Notes: a model not told the origin generated them from the sequence alone. DNA of 64,000 nt from Paramecium tetraurelia (GCA_000165425.1 CT868030.1:434001-498000), one strand, 5' to 3'; positions 28,203 to 42,444 are shown, counted from the stretch's first letter. Numbers and translations are program-made.

Positions 28203-29620
28203 TCATTTTCTCAAAGTACTAAAATGTTGTTTCAGGATCTGGCTACAATTCATTTTTGGCTTAAACTTTTTCTGCTAGACTGGCTCAGGACATATAGTTA
28301 AGAAATCAGGGTCATTCTCTATTGGAATATCGTTAATAATTAAATTATCCAAGATTATTGTTTTATCCCCTTTCCTCATAATTAATTTGGGTTTCCGTCC
28401 AATTGCTGGCATATATCTATTTCTTTAAGATAAACCAGACATGCCATGAGAAAAGGTTTGATTTAAATTAGCTGCTAATTTAAAATTACTTTCCCCTGAT
28501 TCCCACATACTATTACTTCTATGATTTGTTAATACATTATTTTCAAATCGACCCTTCTTTATCACTCCATTCTTACACAATTCTCCATCTCCATGTTACA
28601 TACCCCTTTCCCAATAACCCTTATAATACTAATCCTTCCAAAACATATCACCATAACCATGTCTGTAATCATTCACAAAAGCACCAACATAGTAATTTCC
28701 TGATGGCCATGTAAACACTCCTTGTCCATGCTTTTTATCATTCTCAAACATCCCCTCATATCGATAATGACCCTCCTTCAAAGGATCCCATTTACTCCAC
28801 ACTCCCTTTCCATGTCTTACTCCGTTTTTAAACATACCTACACCTTTAGTTATATATTCAACCTCTATATTCTGCCCCATTGTTCCATATATAAGTGCCT
28901 TAACCTTCTGGTTTCCCATTACAAAATTGTCCATTATACACATCCCCATTGGAAAAGTTCTCTATCCCATGTCCATGCTTCAAATTGTTCCTAAAACTAC
29001 CTGTATACTTATTATTATTCTAAATGTAGACTCCATATCCATCGATTTTTCCAAATTTCCATTCTCCTTCATAAAAGTCATTTCCCATCTTCCAAATTCC
29101 ATGTCCATGTTTAAATCCATTCACCCATTGTCCGTCATAACTTTCATTATTACGAATATAGACTCCTTTCCCCTACGGTTTTCCATTTTAATATTCGCCT
29201 TCAAATGTCTCCCCTGTATCGAAGATCTCTTTGCAATATCCATGTTTTCGGTCATTCTACCAAATTCCCTCACATACTCTACCCTGCAATAGCATTAGAC
29301 CTTAGAAAATAAATATTTTATCCTACCCTGCCCATGTTTTTTGCCATTCATCATTTAACCATAAAAAGTTCCATTTGGATAGTCTTATTCCTGATAATTA
29401 GCTAGTCTTTTCAGCATTAGAATCTTACCTCTAAAAATGTTAAGTTATTATATCCTTACTCATAATCCTTATTATAAATATGGATGTTTTGTTACGGTTT
29501 AACAACACTGATTGGACTTAGTGGTTTATCATCTGGTATACTGATAGATGCAATCGTCGGATTGATATTCATATTTTGTTAAACTTATTGCTCAATTAAT
29601 AAATCATTTCGTTATTGCAT
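28203..29620 (-). CDS. MORN-repeat protein
   Basis: Repeated YEGMFENDKKHGQGVFTWPSGNYYVGAFVNDYRHGYG-type units. Confidence 0.88.
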
Positions 29621-29700
29621 TTAATTTATATATAATATTATTACATATTTCGGAATAAGAATTCACTATTCTTACAGATATAGTTAAAAATTTATTTTAA

Positions 29701-30311
29701 TCAACAATTTCTAATGCTATTCATATGTGCAAAGTAGCCAATCAAAAGGCAAACTGTACCAACTATTAATAAATGTAAAACAGTGGGCTGGAATTAATCC
29801 TTCTTCTCATTTAGAGGAGTTTCCATATGATTTATAGGAACTATAGGTATGATTTATTTAGGAGCAATTGTAGACTTGAAATGGGATTTTTCAGAAATTA
29901 AAGATTAGGTATCTTACTCAATTGTAGGCTTGGTTTTTAAGGTCTCCATTTAAATTTATTCTGAATTTGCTCTTTGAAATGCAATATCGATGTCATCATT
30001 AGGACTGACAATCACTGTCATAATCTAAAACTTTGCTTTCATGATATTCTACTATATAGTTAAATACACCCAACCTCTTTATTGGTAATGATATGGATTA
30101 TATTTGTAGTCATTGGATTGAGGATGCCTTTATTTCCAATCACTTTAAAATCTACATTGTTAGTTGTTCTGATCTAAGTAACTATCATTAAAAAGGAGTA
30201 TACTTTAAATGCCAGATGAGATCTAGTGATGTTCTGAATTTGAATTTGTGCTTTTTGGTTTGAAAAGTGCACATTCTCTTTTGGGTTGACTAGAAAGTGA
30301 AAATTATACAT
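29701..30311 (-). CDS. VAMP-associated protein (VAP/Scs2-like): MSP domain plus C-terminal TM anchor
   Basis: IQIQNITRSHLAFK/IRTTNNVDFKVIGNKGILNP, KFQIMTVIV and C-terminal LHLLIVGTVCLLIGYFA. Confidence 0.78.
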
Positions 30312-30319
30312 TAATTATT

Positions 30320-31150
30320 ATGTTTATATTCTTTCACTTAATAGTATTAGCCATACAATTCACTATCAAAGTCGATTAAGTTTCATGCACATGTCCAGAC
30401 ATTCCACAAGAAGATATCTGTATTGAAACGAAGGTTTGTAAATGGGAGGATGGATCATGTTAAAAACTGAATTGCACCGATGCAACTGATCAAGAATGGT
30501 GTGATCGAATATTGCCAAATTCATATAAATGTGCTTGGAATTAGGGAAAGTGCGATGCATTTACTGCTTGTTCAGACTATATAGTCTCCAAACCTTAAGA
30601 ATGTTTTGAAAAATGGTTCTGTGCAGATGGTGGCCTTACAGCAAGTGGACTTTATGCTTGTACAGATTTAAATACAGATGATACAGATGAAGGTCAGGAG
30701 ATTATATGTTAAGATGTAAAAATAGAAGAGGAATGTGTTGGTTTATAATAAGATGGCAATTATTGTATTTGGGATTCTACAGCTCAGAATTGCAATGCTA
30801 TAGGTATTGAAAGCTGTGGTGATGCTTCGAATACAACCTAAGAGTATTGTAGAGACACATCATGTGAGTGGAGTGAGTCCAATAATGAGTGCATGGATTT
30901 ATCTTGTGATTTATTCAAAAGCGAGGATAAGTGCAATTTATACTTTAGCTTTGATTTATCCGAAGTCACACGATGTTTATGGAATGGTACATCATGCTTA
31001 GATTTTGATATAACAGAACTACCTTCAGAGCAGTGTTTGAATATGACATTAAATACTTATGTTTGGAACTCGGTTTAATCGCGATGTGTAGAATGTGCTG
31101 AAAGTTTAATCCTTAAATTAACTTTAATTTTAATTTTGATTTATATTTGA
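30320..31150 (+). CDS. Cysteine-rich mini surface antigen, 276 aa (signal peptide, probable GPI signal)
   Basis: Intronless. Hydrophobic N-terminus, CTC..C..CKW...C periodicity and hydrophobic tail LILKLTLILILIYI*. Confidence 0.85.
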
Positions 31151-31339
31151 AAATACATTTATTATAGTTTTTATTTTAATTTTATAATAATTTATTTCGC
31201 AAGATTAGCTGATTTAAAAGTTAAATTTAAGGTGATAATGGATACTTAGATTTTGTTAAATTTTGTAAAAAGCACTTCAAATCTTAGAAAAACAAATTCA
31301 ACCATCAAAAACTTCCAAATAATAATTATTAATTAAAAA

Positions 31340-32842
31340 ATGACTTAATTCGATTTCCAGAATTTATTATTAATTTCTAATCCACCCCCTTTAGGATAAA
31401 ATCCTACCATTTATAATGCACGTTAGTATTCTAAGAATTTATTAATTTTAATTTTACATGTCCAAATTTTCTTGTTCAGGTCTATATGCAAGCAATTAAG
31501 GAGAGCATTAAGAAGTGATGATCATCACTCAATCTGGCGATTTACAGATAGTGGTACTTATGTTTTTGTGATTATTTAAGTCAAAAAGTGGAAATGAATA
31601 GATGGTTTACTTACCTTCCAATTCTATGGATACAATTCTTTGCTTTGCAAGAGAAGTGGATTAAAGTACAGTTAGGGTTCACATTATTTAGGTTAATAGA
31701 GTGGGACCTTTGACCTACTTCATCCAGAGTCACAAATTAGGGTCTCCTTCCTTCTCAATTTAAAAGATATTGAATAATTAAGAGTTCTAATGAGAGGGAA
31801 ACAAGTTTTTTTGGATACTTAAAATTATGTTGTCTTGGGAAAACTAGCTTCTGATATATGTAATTAAAGATACTTAACATTAGAACTCATATAAGCAAGG
31901 AACAGAATTTAAGTGCAAAAGAAAGCTTCTCTTGTATTGAAAGATTCAGTTTCCAGGGGCAGATTGGTATTGTGTATTATAAAAGTGGTAGGGACAACTA
32001 AGATAGGAGGCAAAGATGTTACGACTGTTAAAAGATTACCGTCACAAAAATATAATTTTATTGGAGGAAATCATAACAGATTGTAGATCAGTGTCAATCG
32101 TATTGGAGTATTGTCAAGGTGGAGACCTTCTGCAGCTCTTGTAGCAGAAGAGTTTTGATATTGATGTTCCTAGGTTAATGTTAAATCTACTTTCTGGTAA
32201 AAAAACTTATTTAATTATATTTTAGGTTTAAAACATCTCCATGATTTGGAAGTAGTTCATCGAGATATCAAGTTATAGAATATTTTATTTAAAGACTCCA
32301 AGAATATGGACACCCTGAAAATAGCTGACTTTGGATTCTCTTGTCTAAAATCTCAAATTTCATTTATTAATCCAATGTACACTCTCGTATATACAATCAT
32401 TTTAGTTGTGGTACTCCAGGATATACAGCCCCTGAAGTATTTAGTTAATCGAGTAGCTATGATGAAAAGGTTGATATCTATAGTGCAGGTATCATTTTCT
32501 ATAATATGTATTCCTTAATTAATACGTAGTTTAACATCAAAAAATCCTTTTGGAAATTCTAAGAATATTTCTGACCTGATCTAATCTAATATTAGTGGCA
32601 ACTATAATTAGGCATATTTAGAATCAACATATGTTAATAATCCTCTTGCTTATGATTTACTGACTAAGATGCTCCAGAAGGAACCACACTCAAGACCCAG
32701 TGCTGATGAATGTCTTAATCATCCATATTTTAAAATCCAAATAAATGGCGATTTTAGAATTGATGATGTTAAAGAAAAGATATAAATTAAAAGAAAATCT
32801 AAAAAATAAAAGAGGGAAGCTTAGAAGCAAAGCAGAATGTGA
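31340..32842 (+). CDS. CAMK-like Ser/Thr kinase with degenerate N-lobe
   Basis: LEYCQGGDL, HRDIKLQNILF, KIADFGFS, CGTPGYTAPE, KVDIYSAG. Multiple short introns. Confidence 0.85.
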
Positions 32843-32893
32843 TTTTACTATAAATATTAAATTTTGTAATATAACTGATTAAAATTCGTAATT

Positions 32894-35800
32894 TCATTAC
32901 ATAAATATAAAAATTGAAAAGAGCAGCATTCTAGTAAAAGTGTCTGTATTAGGGTCTGTAGTGTTGGTGGGTTGTGGAGGGGTTATGGTCGTAGTGTTAC
33001 ATTTTTAGCAAAGATTAGTTTCAGCATTCCAACTATAAGTATTTAAACTTTATTCTAAACAGTTACTGGCTGATAATTGATTAGGGCTTCCAGAAGAACA
33101 TCCAGATGAAGTCATTACACAAACAGTGATACTCTTTTCATCAAACGAATAAACTGGTTTACAGATGCTTCCATTTGCTACAGTGGCACAAGTGTGATTA
33201 ATGCAAGAAGTAACTTCGATTCCATTTTGAAGGGAGGCTTGAAAATGGCATGAGTTTTGCTTGGATTTACAGGCAACCAAATCAGATTTAGCTTGCTCAC
33301 ATGTGGTCATTAAAGTACATGTCCCTTTCTAAGGATCTGCAACTGAAGGTGTAAAAACACAGATGCCATCCAATCCGCCAGAATTGCATGCAGTTTTAGT
33401 TTTGTATGTTTAGCATTTATTTTTTATGATACAAATGGTGCCATTTGAAATGCATGCTTTTTTATGTTATTTGCACAATTCTGTTGTTGTATCTTAGTAA
33501 TCTTAACAAGATTTAACCCTGCAGGATTTAATTCCTTAAGTTTATCCATCTTAAAAACCATAAACACAATTACCATCAGTTCCATGATGACATCCTGCCT
33601 CTTTGTATGATGAACACAATCCAATAGGGATACAATTAGTTCCATTAGTTGTACATTTAGTAGTTGCAACAAAACTATTGCATGAGGTATATGATGTAAT
33701 ATCGATTCCCATGTTTACAGTTGCATCTGTGCATTTTCTTTATCTGCAAGATTCTTCAGCCCATATACAAAAGCCATCAGTACCTCCAGAGAGACAGGAT
33801 GTTTCAGTCTAGTAATAATTGCACTCAGTCTTTGAAATGCAGCCCTAGCCATCAGAAATACATTGACTAGAATATGATTAGCATAGTTCTGTAGTAATAG
33901 CATTAAAATCAGAACACTTCTTAAAGGGAGCACAAGTGTTATCAATCCATCCACATTCTCCATCGATTCCAAGTGAGCAACTAGTCTAATTAATGTATTT
34001 GGAACATTGGGAAATGGGAATACAGGTTTAACCATTACTAGTACATTTATTTGAGTGTTATTAGCATAAAGTACGAGATGAGCTTTAGATATCAGCGCAT
34101 TATGAATAAGCAATGCATGATTATTAAAACCATAAGCATACATTTCCTGCATAATCTTTAGTGCATTTTGCTTTGACAACAATGTCCTTACAAGTATAGT
34201 TCTGATTGACACACCCTTTACCATTGGAGAAACACTTGCTAAGAAACTCTTGGCATTTCGCATCAGTAGTGAATTCCTTGCTTGCATCATTGCAATCTAA
34301 TTTTCTGCAATAGGTCTTCTCCCAAATGCAAAGACCTCCCTCATCTGTAGTTTTGGCAGAAGAACAAGAAGTAGAAGTAGTGTAGGATGAACATGCTCCA
34401 ATTGGTATGCACCCTTTCCCCTTTGAAGTACATTAACTAGACAGTCGTTGACAATCCTCATGAGTTAATACGCTTTCAGATGCATCCTCGCATTTCCAAT
34501 CTCTACACTACCCAATATTTGAGGCCTTATTGAGTTCCCATTAGCACCTGCCTATAGTAGTGTAGACAGGAGTATTTACACATACTGATTGAGATGAAAA
34601 AACACTGCATTTAGTTGACAATTATGTGCAATTTCCGGTATATAAGCATTGCGATTTCTTTTAACATGCTTACTACGTTTAAATGTCTTCGCAAGAAACA
34701 CTACTGACACAACCATATCCATTAGTTACACACCCTTCCTTAAAGATATTACATAGTTCATCACTGTCATAGTTGTTTGGTGCTTCACTGCATTTTAGGG
34801 CAGCACAAGGAGCAACTGAGTTACTGCTTTGACCTTTACAGGGTCTATCGGTTGCTGAGAATAGAGGACAAGACTTGGTGGTTCCACTGAATAAAGAACA
34901 AGGTTAAGGCAATACACAGCCAATTCCCTTCGTTACACATCCGCTTAAGAATTGACTGCATTCTTTATCAGTCTTTGCTGTAGTGTTATGCGAACAATTT
35001 CTTACGACACAATTCATCAAAGGAGTGGCTGCAATATCATTCCAACAAGGTTTAGTTCCATTAGATCCCTTTAGTTAACTGCACTCTAGTTGAGTACCTT
35101 GATAATCTGAACATTTTGCAGTCTAAACTATACAACCTCTGCCTTTGGTTACACATCCAGCTTAGAAGTCTTAACATTATGAATCTGTATTGTAAGTCTA
35201 ATTATCACTGCATAATCTGACTCTACACTATGAGATTGTGCTGGTGCTGTCATTCCAACAGTTTTTACCATTCCCAACAAATTTAGAACAAGTCAACTGA
35301 TTTCCAACATAATTATTGCAAGGGTCACTCTTATCAATACATCCTAATCCCTTTGTGACACATCCCTTCATGAATGCATCACATTGAATATCAGTAACAC
35401 TGATGGTATTATCATAACATTACTTCTATTCACAATATCCAAAAGAATCTTACCCTTTGCATTTGATTGAATTACCCACAAATGTCAAACAACTAGAACT
35501 AGTTCCTCTGTATTATGAACAAGTCTATGAAGCATCAACACAACCCTTGCCATTGGTTCTGCATCCTGGTAAAAATGAATCACATTCCAAATCTGTCATT
35601 CCACTTTAGTTTTAAGTACATGTTCTTTATACGCAATTACCTGAATCGAACCAACACCTGTCTCCAGCTGTAGTTCTTAAATTCTAACATTAAGTTTCAC
35701 TCACTCCCACATATAGATTACAAGAAATTTAAACTACATAACAATTCTAACCATCATAAGTACATGTAGACAAATGAATTCCACAATTTACATAATTGGG

Positions 35801-38800
35801 ATTCTCAATTGTATTTGAACAACTCCTATCTTCACATGTTCCTATATCATTTGTTTGTTTCCAACAAGGAGTGCCACCAATAGTTGTAGTAGATTAACAT
35901 GCTAATTTGGTGAATCCTGTGTATAAATTACATGAAGCTTGTTGATTTACACAGTCCACTCCATTATATCTACAACTAGCGAGATGTTATGGACAACTAA
36001 TAGCACTTGTAATATCTATTGTATTGCTACAAGTTCTGTCACTGCATTATGTAGATCCAGTCGCTGGAATCCAACATAGACCTCCTGAAGTCGTTGTTAC
36101 TTATTTACATGCTTCAGATGTGAATCCCACATATCCATTACAATTAGTCTATTGAATAACACATGATGAACCATTGAATCTGCATGTACTCATATGATCT
36201 AAACATTTCTAAGTAGTGGTTGCAACTGTCACATTAGTACATTACCTGTCTTCACATGTTCCAACTGAATTTGATGTTCTCCAACACTTAGTAACCCCAT
36301 CTGCCAATATCGCATCTTTACAAGCCTACTAAGTGAAAGATGTATATAAATTGCATGCTGTATGTGCATCAACACAAATAGTACCATTATATCTACAAGA
36401 AGATTTGTGAGCCTAGCAAGTAATTGAGTTTGAACTAGTTACTTTATCACTACATAATCTACTTTCACATGTTGTCAAAGCACTATTTTCCAACCAACAA
36501 TTCTCGCCAGAAAGTTTAATCGCTGTTTTACAAGCTGATTAAACAAAACTGGTATACGAAGTACAACTAGATTACTTGTCCACACATTTTACTCCATCAT
36601 AAACACAGCCATCAGAGTATTGAGTACAAAATTATTGTGAGAATGAATAAGGGTTTAACACACTCGTAACACTTGAACATGTTCTCGCCATGCAGGCTCC
36701 AATTGAATTTGATGATCTCCAACATAATCCAGTTGATAGACTTACTGCTTTCTCACAAGCATTGGGCTAGAAGTTTAAATACGAACTGCATAAATTCTAC
36801 TTTGCAACACAATTCGAACCACTAAAGATGCATCCAGATAAGAATTGATCACAATCACTTTAATTGGATGCTGATGTTAAATGTGTACAACTTCTTGTTT
36901 AGCATGTACCTGTGCCACTTGCTAAATAACACTTACCACCAGAGATTGTCGTTATCTATTAACAAATTTAATAGTTCAAACCAATATATGATGTACATGA
37001 AATTTAAGCATCTATGCACACGAATCCATTAAACCTACAAGTTGACAAATATTCTGTACATTAATCATTGTTTGCAGGATTAATTACATCTGAGCAACTC
37101 CTATCCATACATGTACTTTTACGAACACAAGGATACCCATTGCCAATCAAGTTTGAACATTAAGCTTCATCTCCTTAAAATTAAGTGCATGGTTCTGTGT
37201 TTTCAATACATCCAATACCTTTTGTAACACATCCAGATAAAAACTATTCGCATTATTCATTCTTTGTTGATGCAGTATCTTATGCACATTCCTTATTTAC
37301 ACAGCTAGTTCCACTTATCCACCAACATTATTTTGTGTTATTTAAGCCTTTGAATTTTGAGCAGTCAGTAGTGTTACTTCCAGGATATGATGTACATGGT
37401 TCTGTTTGATCAATGCACCCTAATCCTTTTGATACGCATGTACTTAAGAATAATGTGCATTATTCATTTGTAGTAGCTGTTATGTTATCTCCGCATTTTA
37501 AATGTCTACATGGTCCAGTGGTTCCTGTATCCTAATAGCATTTAATTGTTCCATTTATTCCAGAATGCTGGGAACATGCTTCTTAATTGCCAGTATATTA
37601 ATTACAATCAGCAGATTTATCAATACAACCAGAGCTACCCTAAAATTTGCATCCACTCAAAAAGTCATCGCATTATTTTTAATTGTTTGCTGTTGTATTG
37701 TTTGTGCATAGCAGAACTTCACAAGCTCCCTTTACACTACTAGTGCTAGTGCATTTCAACCCATTCCCATAGAAATTGATACAAGTCTCTGTTGTTCCTT
37801 AATACTAATTACAAGGGACTGTGGATGGGAGACATCCCTATGAATTTGTAACACATCCTGCTAAAAACTTCTTGCACTAATCATTAGTTGTATATGATGA
37901 AGGAGCATCAGTACATAATCTAATTCTGCAAACACCATTAACCCAAAAACAAGGTTAGCCATTTCCCAAATTATTATTACACAAACTAATGCTTTTAAAA
38001 TATGAGCAATTGGTTTTGGTAACACAAATTTGATTCCATTAACATGAAGCAGTAGCCTTACAAGTGAACTCTTTAATAGTAGATACACAATCTGTTTTTT
38101 TCACACACCCTTCGCCATTTGACAAACAATCACCTTAGAATGACATACACTATTCATGTGTCTTGTATTCAGAAGGAGCATCAGTACATACCAAATTTGA
38201 ACAATTTCCCTCAACTGTGTTTTTAGAATAACATCTTCCATCAGACCCTTCGTATTTAGAACATGTTGTTGATGTTCCATTATATGTTGAACATAATTTT
38301 CTACTACTTAAACAATTCACTCCATCAGTTACACAACCCTTTTAGTATTCGTTGCATTCTCGATCTGTTTTTAATTAAGCTTCTTCACAAACTCTTGCTT
38401 TACACCCATTTGTACCTAAAGTACATCTACCATCACTTCCTATGTACTAATTACACTCCTCAGCTGTTCCTGTATAGAAACTACATAATTTCAAAGAAGT
38501 ATCACATCCTCTTCCTTTGGTTATACATGAACTCAAATATTCCTTGCATTTTTCATCTGTATTATAGGTAGTAGGTGCATTTTCACATTTCCTTGACTAA
38601 CATTTATTTGATGATCCATTGTCACATAATCCCTCAGAACCTGTCATCTTATTGCAATCATTTCCAACATAACTATCACAAGTTGGCAATGGTTTCAACC
38701 AACATCCCTTACCTGTTGTAATACATCCAAACTGATATCTTGCGCATTGCTCATCACTATTATAATCACTAGGAGCAGACTAGCACTATCTTGCACCACA

Positions 38801-39436
38801 ACCACTTGCTGTCCTCGCACAATAACCATCACTTCCTATCATTTGATTACAATCAGTAATTCCATATGAAGAGCATTCGCTTCTAATCTCCACACATCCC
38901 TTGCCATTTGTAAAACATCCTATTTTAAATTTATTGCAATCTTAATCCGTTTTCAATTCACTACTTGCTTCTATGCATCTTAAATCTCTGCATTAGTTGT
39001 TCTCCCATTTACATTAACCTCCTTAAATATTGATATTCTGATTACAAAATATCTAATTCTTATATTCACCACAATTCTGTGGATCCTAACACACATTCCC
39101 ATTTGATGTACATTATAATGAGATCTCTTGACAAAAATCATTTGTACTGCCAATATAAGCAGAACAACCACTAAATTATTCACATTTATTATCAACAAAA
39201 GCACATCCTTTCATCTTTGGACATGTTGCTTAATCAAATGATCTGCAATATACACTTATGGTATCCTCATTTTCTGTTTAATCATTTTGGACACATTTAT
39301 CATTATCCCATCGACACCCAATGTTTGCGCAATCAGACTTCGATTTTATTTAACTACAAGTGCAAGATTCCTCCACATTTATCAAAACTGCTAAATATTG
39401 ATTAGCTAATATGAGTAAAAAATTCAATCTCAACAT
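32894..39436 (-). CDS. Large cysteine-rich Paramecium surface-antigen-family protein, about 2180 aa, probably GPI-anchored
   Basis: 6543-nt span divisible by 3 and apparently intronless. Signal peptide, many repeats with GCVTKGxGC and CxW motifs, T/P-rich spacer, hydrophobic C-terminus. Confidence 0.88.
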
Positions 39437-39706
39437 TTGTTTTATTCTATATATATTAAATAATTATTTCGAGTTAACTAATATTAATTACTATATTCAT
39501 TTCATTTTACAAATTCTCTTCCATTTCTGACATTGTATATTATATAAATTTAACTTATTTTGACTTATTCTCCTCTGACCTATATTTATGACTTCTTTAT
39601 TTATCAGTTTTTATCAGCCTCCTAGAATTATCAATTAATATTTATATATAAACAGATTATACATCTACATTATTGTACAAGACTATTTTATTATTAATAA
39701 TATACA

Positions 39707-40185
39707 ATGAGTTCAATATCTAGAATTAAAAAAGAACTGTAAAATCTTCAAGATGAACCTCTGAATGGGTTCTTGATCAGCATTTTGGACGACAATAATT
39801 TATTTCATTGGAAAATTTGTTTTTCTGGACCCCAAGGATCCTCTTATGAAAATGGAAATTTTACTCTAGATGTATTGTTTCCAGAAGATTATCCATTAAA
39901 ATCTCCAAAAATATTATTTCTGACTTCTATCTATCATTTAAACATTGATTATAATACAGGGTAAATTTGTCTAGAGATCTTGGGATAAAATTGGTCTCCA
40001 AACCTAACTATTAGAAAGTGTATGAAGTTTTAATCTACATTTTAGTACTCTTAAGTATTCTAGCATTGCTTTATGATCCAAATCCTAATAGTCCACTACT
40101 TGAAGATGTTAATACCATTTTTAAGAATGACAAAGCAGCTTATTTATAAAAAGCAAAGGAATGGACTAAAAAGTATGCTAATTGA
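39707..40185 (+). CDS. Ubiquitin-conjugating enzyme E2 (Ubc4/5-like, divergent)
   Basis: RIKKEL, GPQGSSYENG.F, FPEDYPLKSPK, YHLNID..GQICLEIL..WSP, DPNPNSPL, AKEWTKKYA. One intron. Confidence 0.92.
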
Positions 40186-40505
40186 TTAGTCATTTTATAT
40201 ATTTAATCTAATCCTTTGATAATCAAATTATAATGTAAAAATCTTAATTTATTTCTAAACTAAAGATGTTTGAAAAGTAATAGAAATATAAAAGATAAGT
40301 GTTTTTTTCAAAAGACAAAATTAAATTATACCCAATATTTATCGTATATAAAATATATTAATGGGTATTATCAGGATATGATTTTTCTCTGCTTTGTTTA
40401 TCCATAATTTGACTTAAGTAATAGAATATAAGAAATATTCAATAATTTAAATATTTTACTAATTAATTGTAATAAAATGAAGGTAAATGATTGATTATAA
40501 ATAAT

Positions 40506-40786
40506 ATGATTGAATTAATTTTATGAGTACTGTTAAAATCGATAAATGCTGTAATTAAATTGTTCTGATTTTAGATTAAAATAATAATATAAAAAGTATG
40601 AATGAGATCATCAATAAAAAAGAAAGTATTATGCTTGACCAAATTGCGGTTCTGAAAAATTGGGAATACCTCAAAGATCATTTGGTTATGGAGGACTTGT
40701 TGAATTAAAGTAAAAAAGAGAATTTGGAAGCGCAGTAAGATTTAGACACAACTATACTAATCTGTACTTCAGATTACGAAGATTGA
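40506..40786 (+). CDS. Small hypothetical protein; 5' end uncertain
   Basis: Code-6 frame ending ..CTSDYED* at 40784-40786. Confidence 0.3.
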
Positions 40787-40871
40787 TTTACATGATCTCT
40801 CTTCAGGGTTCTCATTGATAATATATATAGTATATGATTACTTCATAAAACTTTAACATTTTCTTGTATAC

Positions 40872-41445
40872 TCATTCACTTTTTTAATGGGAATCTAGAG
40901 GATCCACCAGGAACAATTTCAAACGAAATGCGTCATTTCCTGACATGTAATAGTTTTGCATTCTTTTCATTTTGGCAAAACCCAGAGACTCATACAATCT
41001 CAACGCTGCATGATTTGTTTATTCGGTCTCTAACACTATTTCATCACCACCTTATTACAATATTAAATATCAATTCAAACCTTTTTCTTTTATTTTGTCA
41101 ATAAATTTTTATGCCAAAATTCTTCCTATTCTAAGGCGTCTATACTTCTTTTCTACCACAATCATAGCTATGTAACCCCTGTTTCTGCCAGATTTACTAT
41201 GCTTATCTAATTTTCCAATTACAACCTAAGGATTTGATTAAACAACTCACCCCGATAATTTCATTGTTATAATATGCAAAAATAGACAGATCTGGCCACC
41301 CATATAAAAAATATCTATAAGTGTAAATAGAATAGGGCTCAGATAATTCAGCATCAATCATAGGCATAATTTTGGGTATTTAACTATAGTCTGTGAAATT
41401 TGTATAATGAATGTCCTCCAATTTGATTGATTAATCTTAATCCAT
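40872..41445 (-). CDS. NAA30: N-alpha-acetyltransferase 30 (NatC catalytic subunit, Mak3)
   Basis: [66 protein letters not shown]. Confidence 0.92.
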
Positions 41446-41519
41446 AATTTAAATTAAACAAATATTACAACTATTGTGTTGTGTTTGTAATTTATGTGAT
41501 TAAATAATAAAATTTATTG

Positions 41520-42444
41520 AAATCAATGATGAATTATTATTCTACAATTGATTTTTACAATTAAGATGAAGAGGTACCTATATGCAACCCAGCCAATTTT
41601 AAACTTTAATACTACTCTAGGATGATTATAATTTTAATGTCCTTTCTTTCATCGAGCTTCATAGGACTAACATGCATATTGAGCAGCAAAAGAAGTTTTT
41701 GGACTTTTAGATTAATCTCTTTTTAATCCCTATTTGAATGCATAGATTTGGCCTTAGCATTTATTTATAATAGATTCTTTATGTAACAGGAGACTTTAGA
41801 AAAATAATGCAATATAATCGGATACATAATGCATTCAAGTTGGCTCTCATCATTTTGTTGCTGCCTCTTAATAATCTATTAGTTGAGATTATTATTAAAG
41901 GTATAATGATTTTAAATATAGGTTGATAATTTGTACGAAACTTTATCTAAAAATTTATTTAAAGTAATATTTTTATTTTGGATTACTTCGTATCTTTGGT
42001 TACTTTTTCCATTTTTATAAGATGAATTTATTCCAACAGGATGGAACTCTTTTAAAAAGGATTGCATATAATACTTTTTTTGTGGGTTTAGCAAAAGCTG
42101 GAAAATCTATTTAATATTCTGGACAATTCCTTAAATAATTATTTTTGTGAGTGGAATCATCATAGCAAGAAAAGTAAGAATTTTCTATTATATTACTACT
42201 TTAGAATCAAAAATTAGCTGCAATCCATCTATCCACATTTTAAGATGAAGAATTTGAAATTATCTAACATCTTTAAGTATTTCCTATAATATATGGATTA
42301 GCTTGGTTCGTTAATTAAATCATAAGGTATTATTTATTTTAAAATAGATATACTGATATTATAGATGTTTTTGTTAAATGGATTGTATTCAATGATTGGC
42401 CTTACGCTTTTTATGTCTTATTTAATTTAATTTTTGAATTGCAT
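41520..42444 (-). CDS. Hypothetical protein; boundaries approximate
   Basis: ATG 42444; includes track ORF 41912-42094. Confidence 0.4.

Noticed and set aside
32894..39436. CRISPR-like or transposon-derived repeat array
   Set aside because: The repeats are degenerate at DNA level and correspond to in-frame Cys-rich protein repeats.
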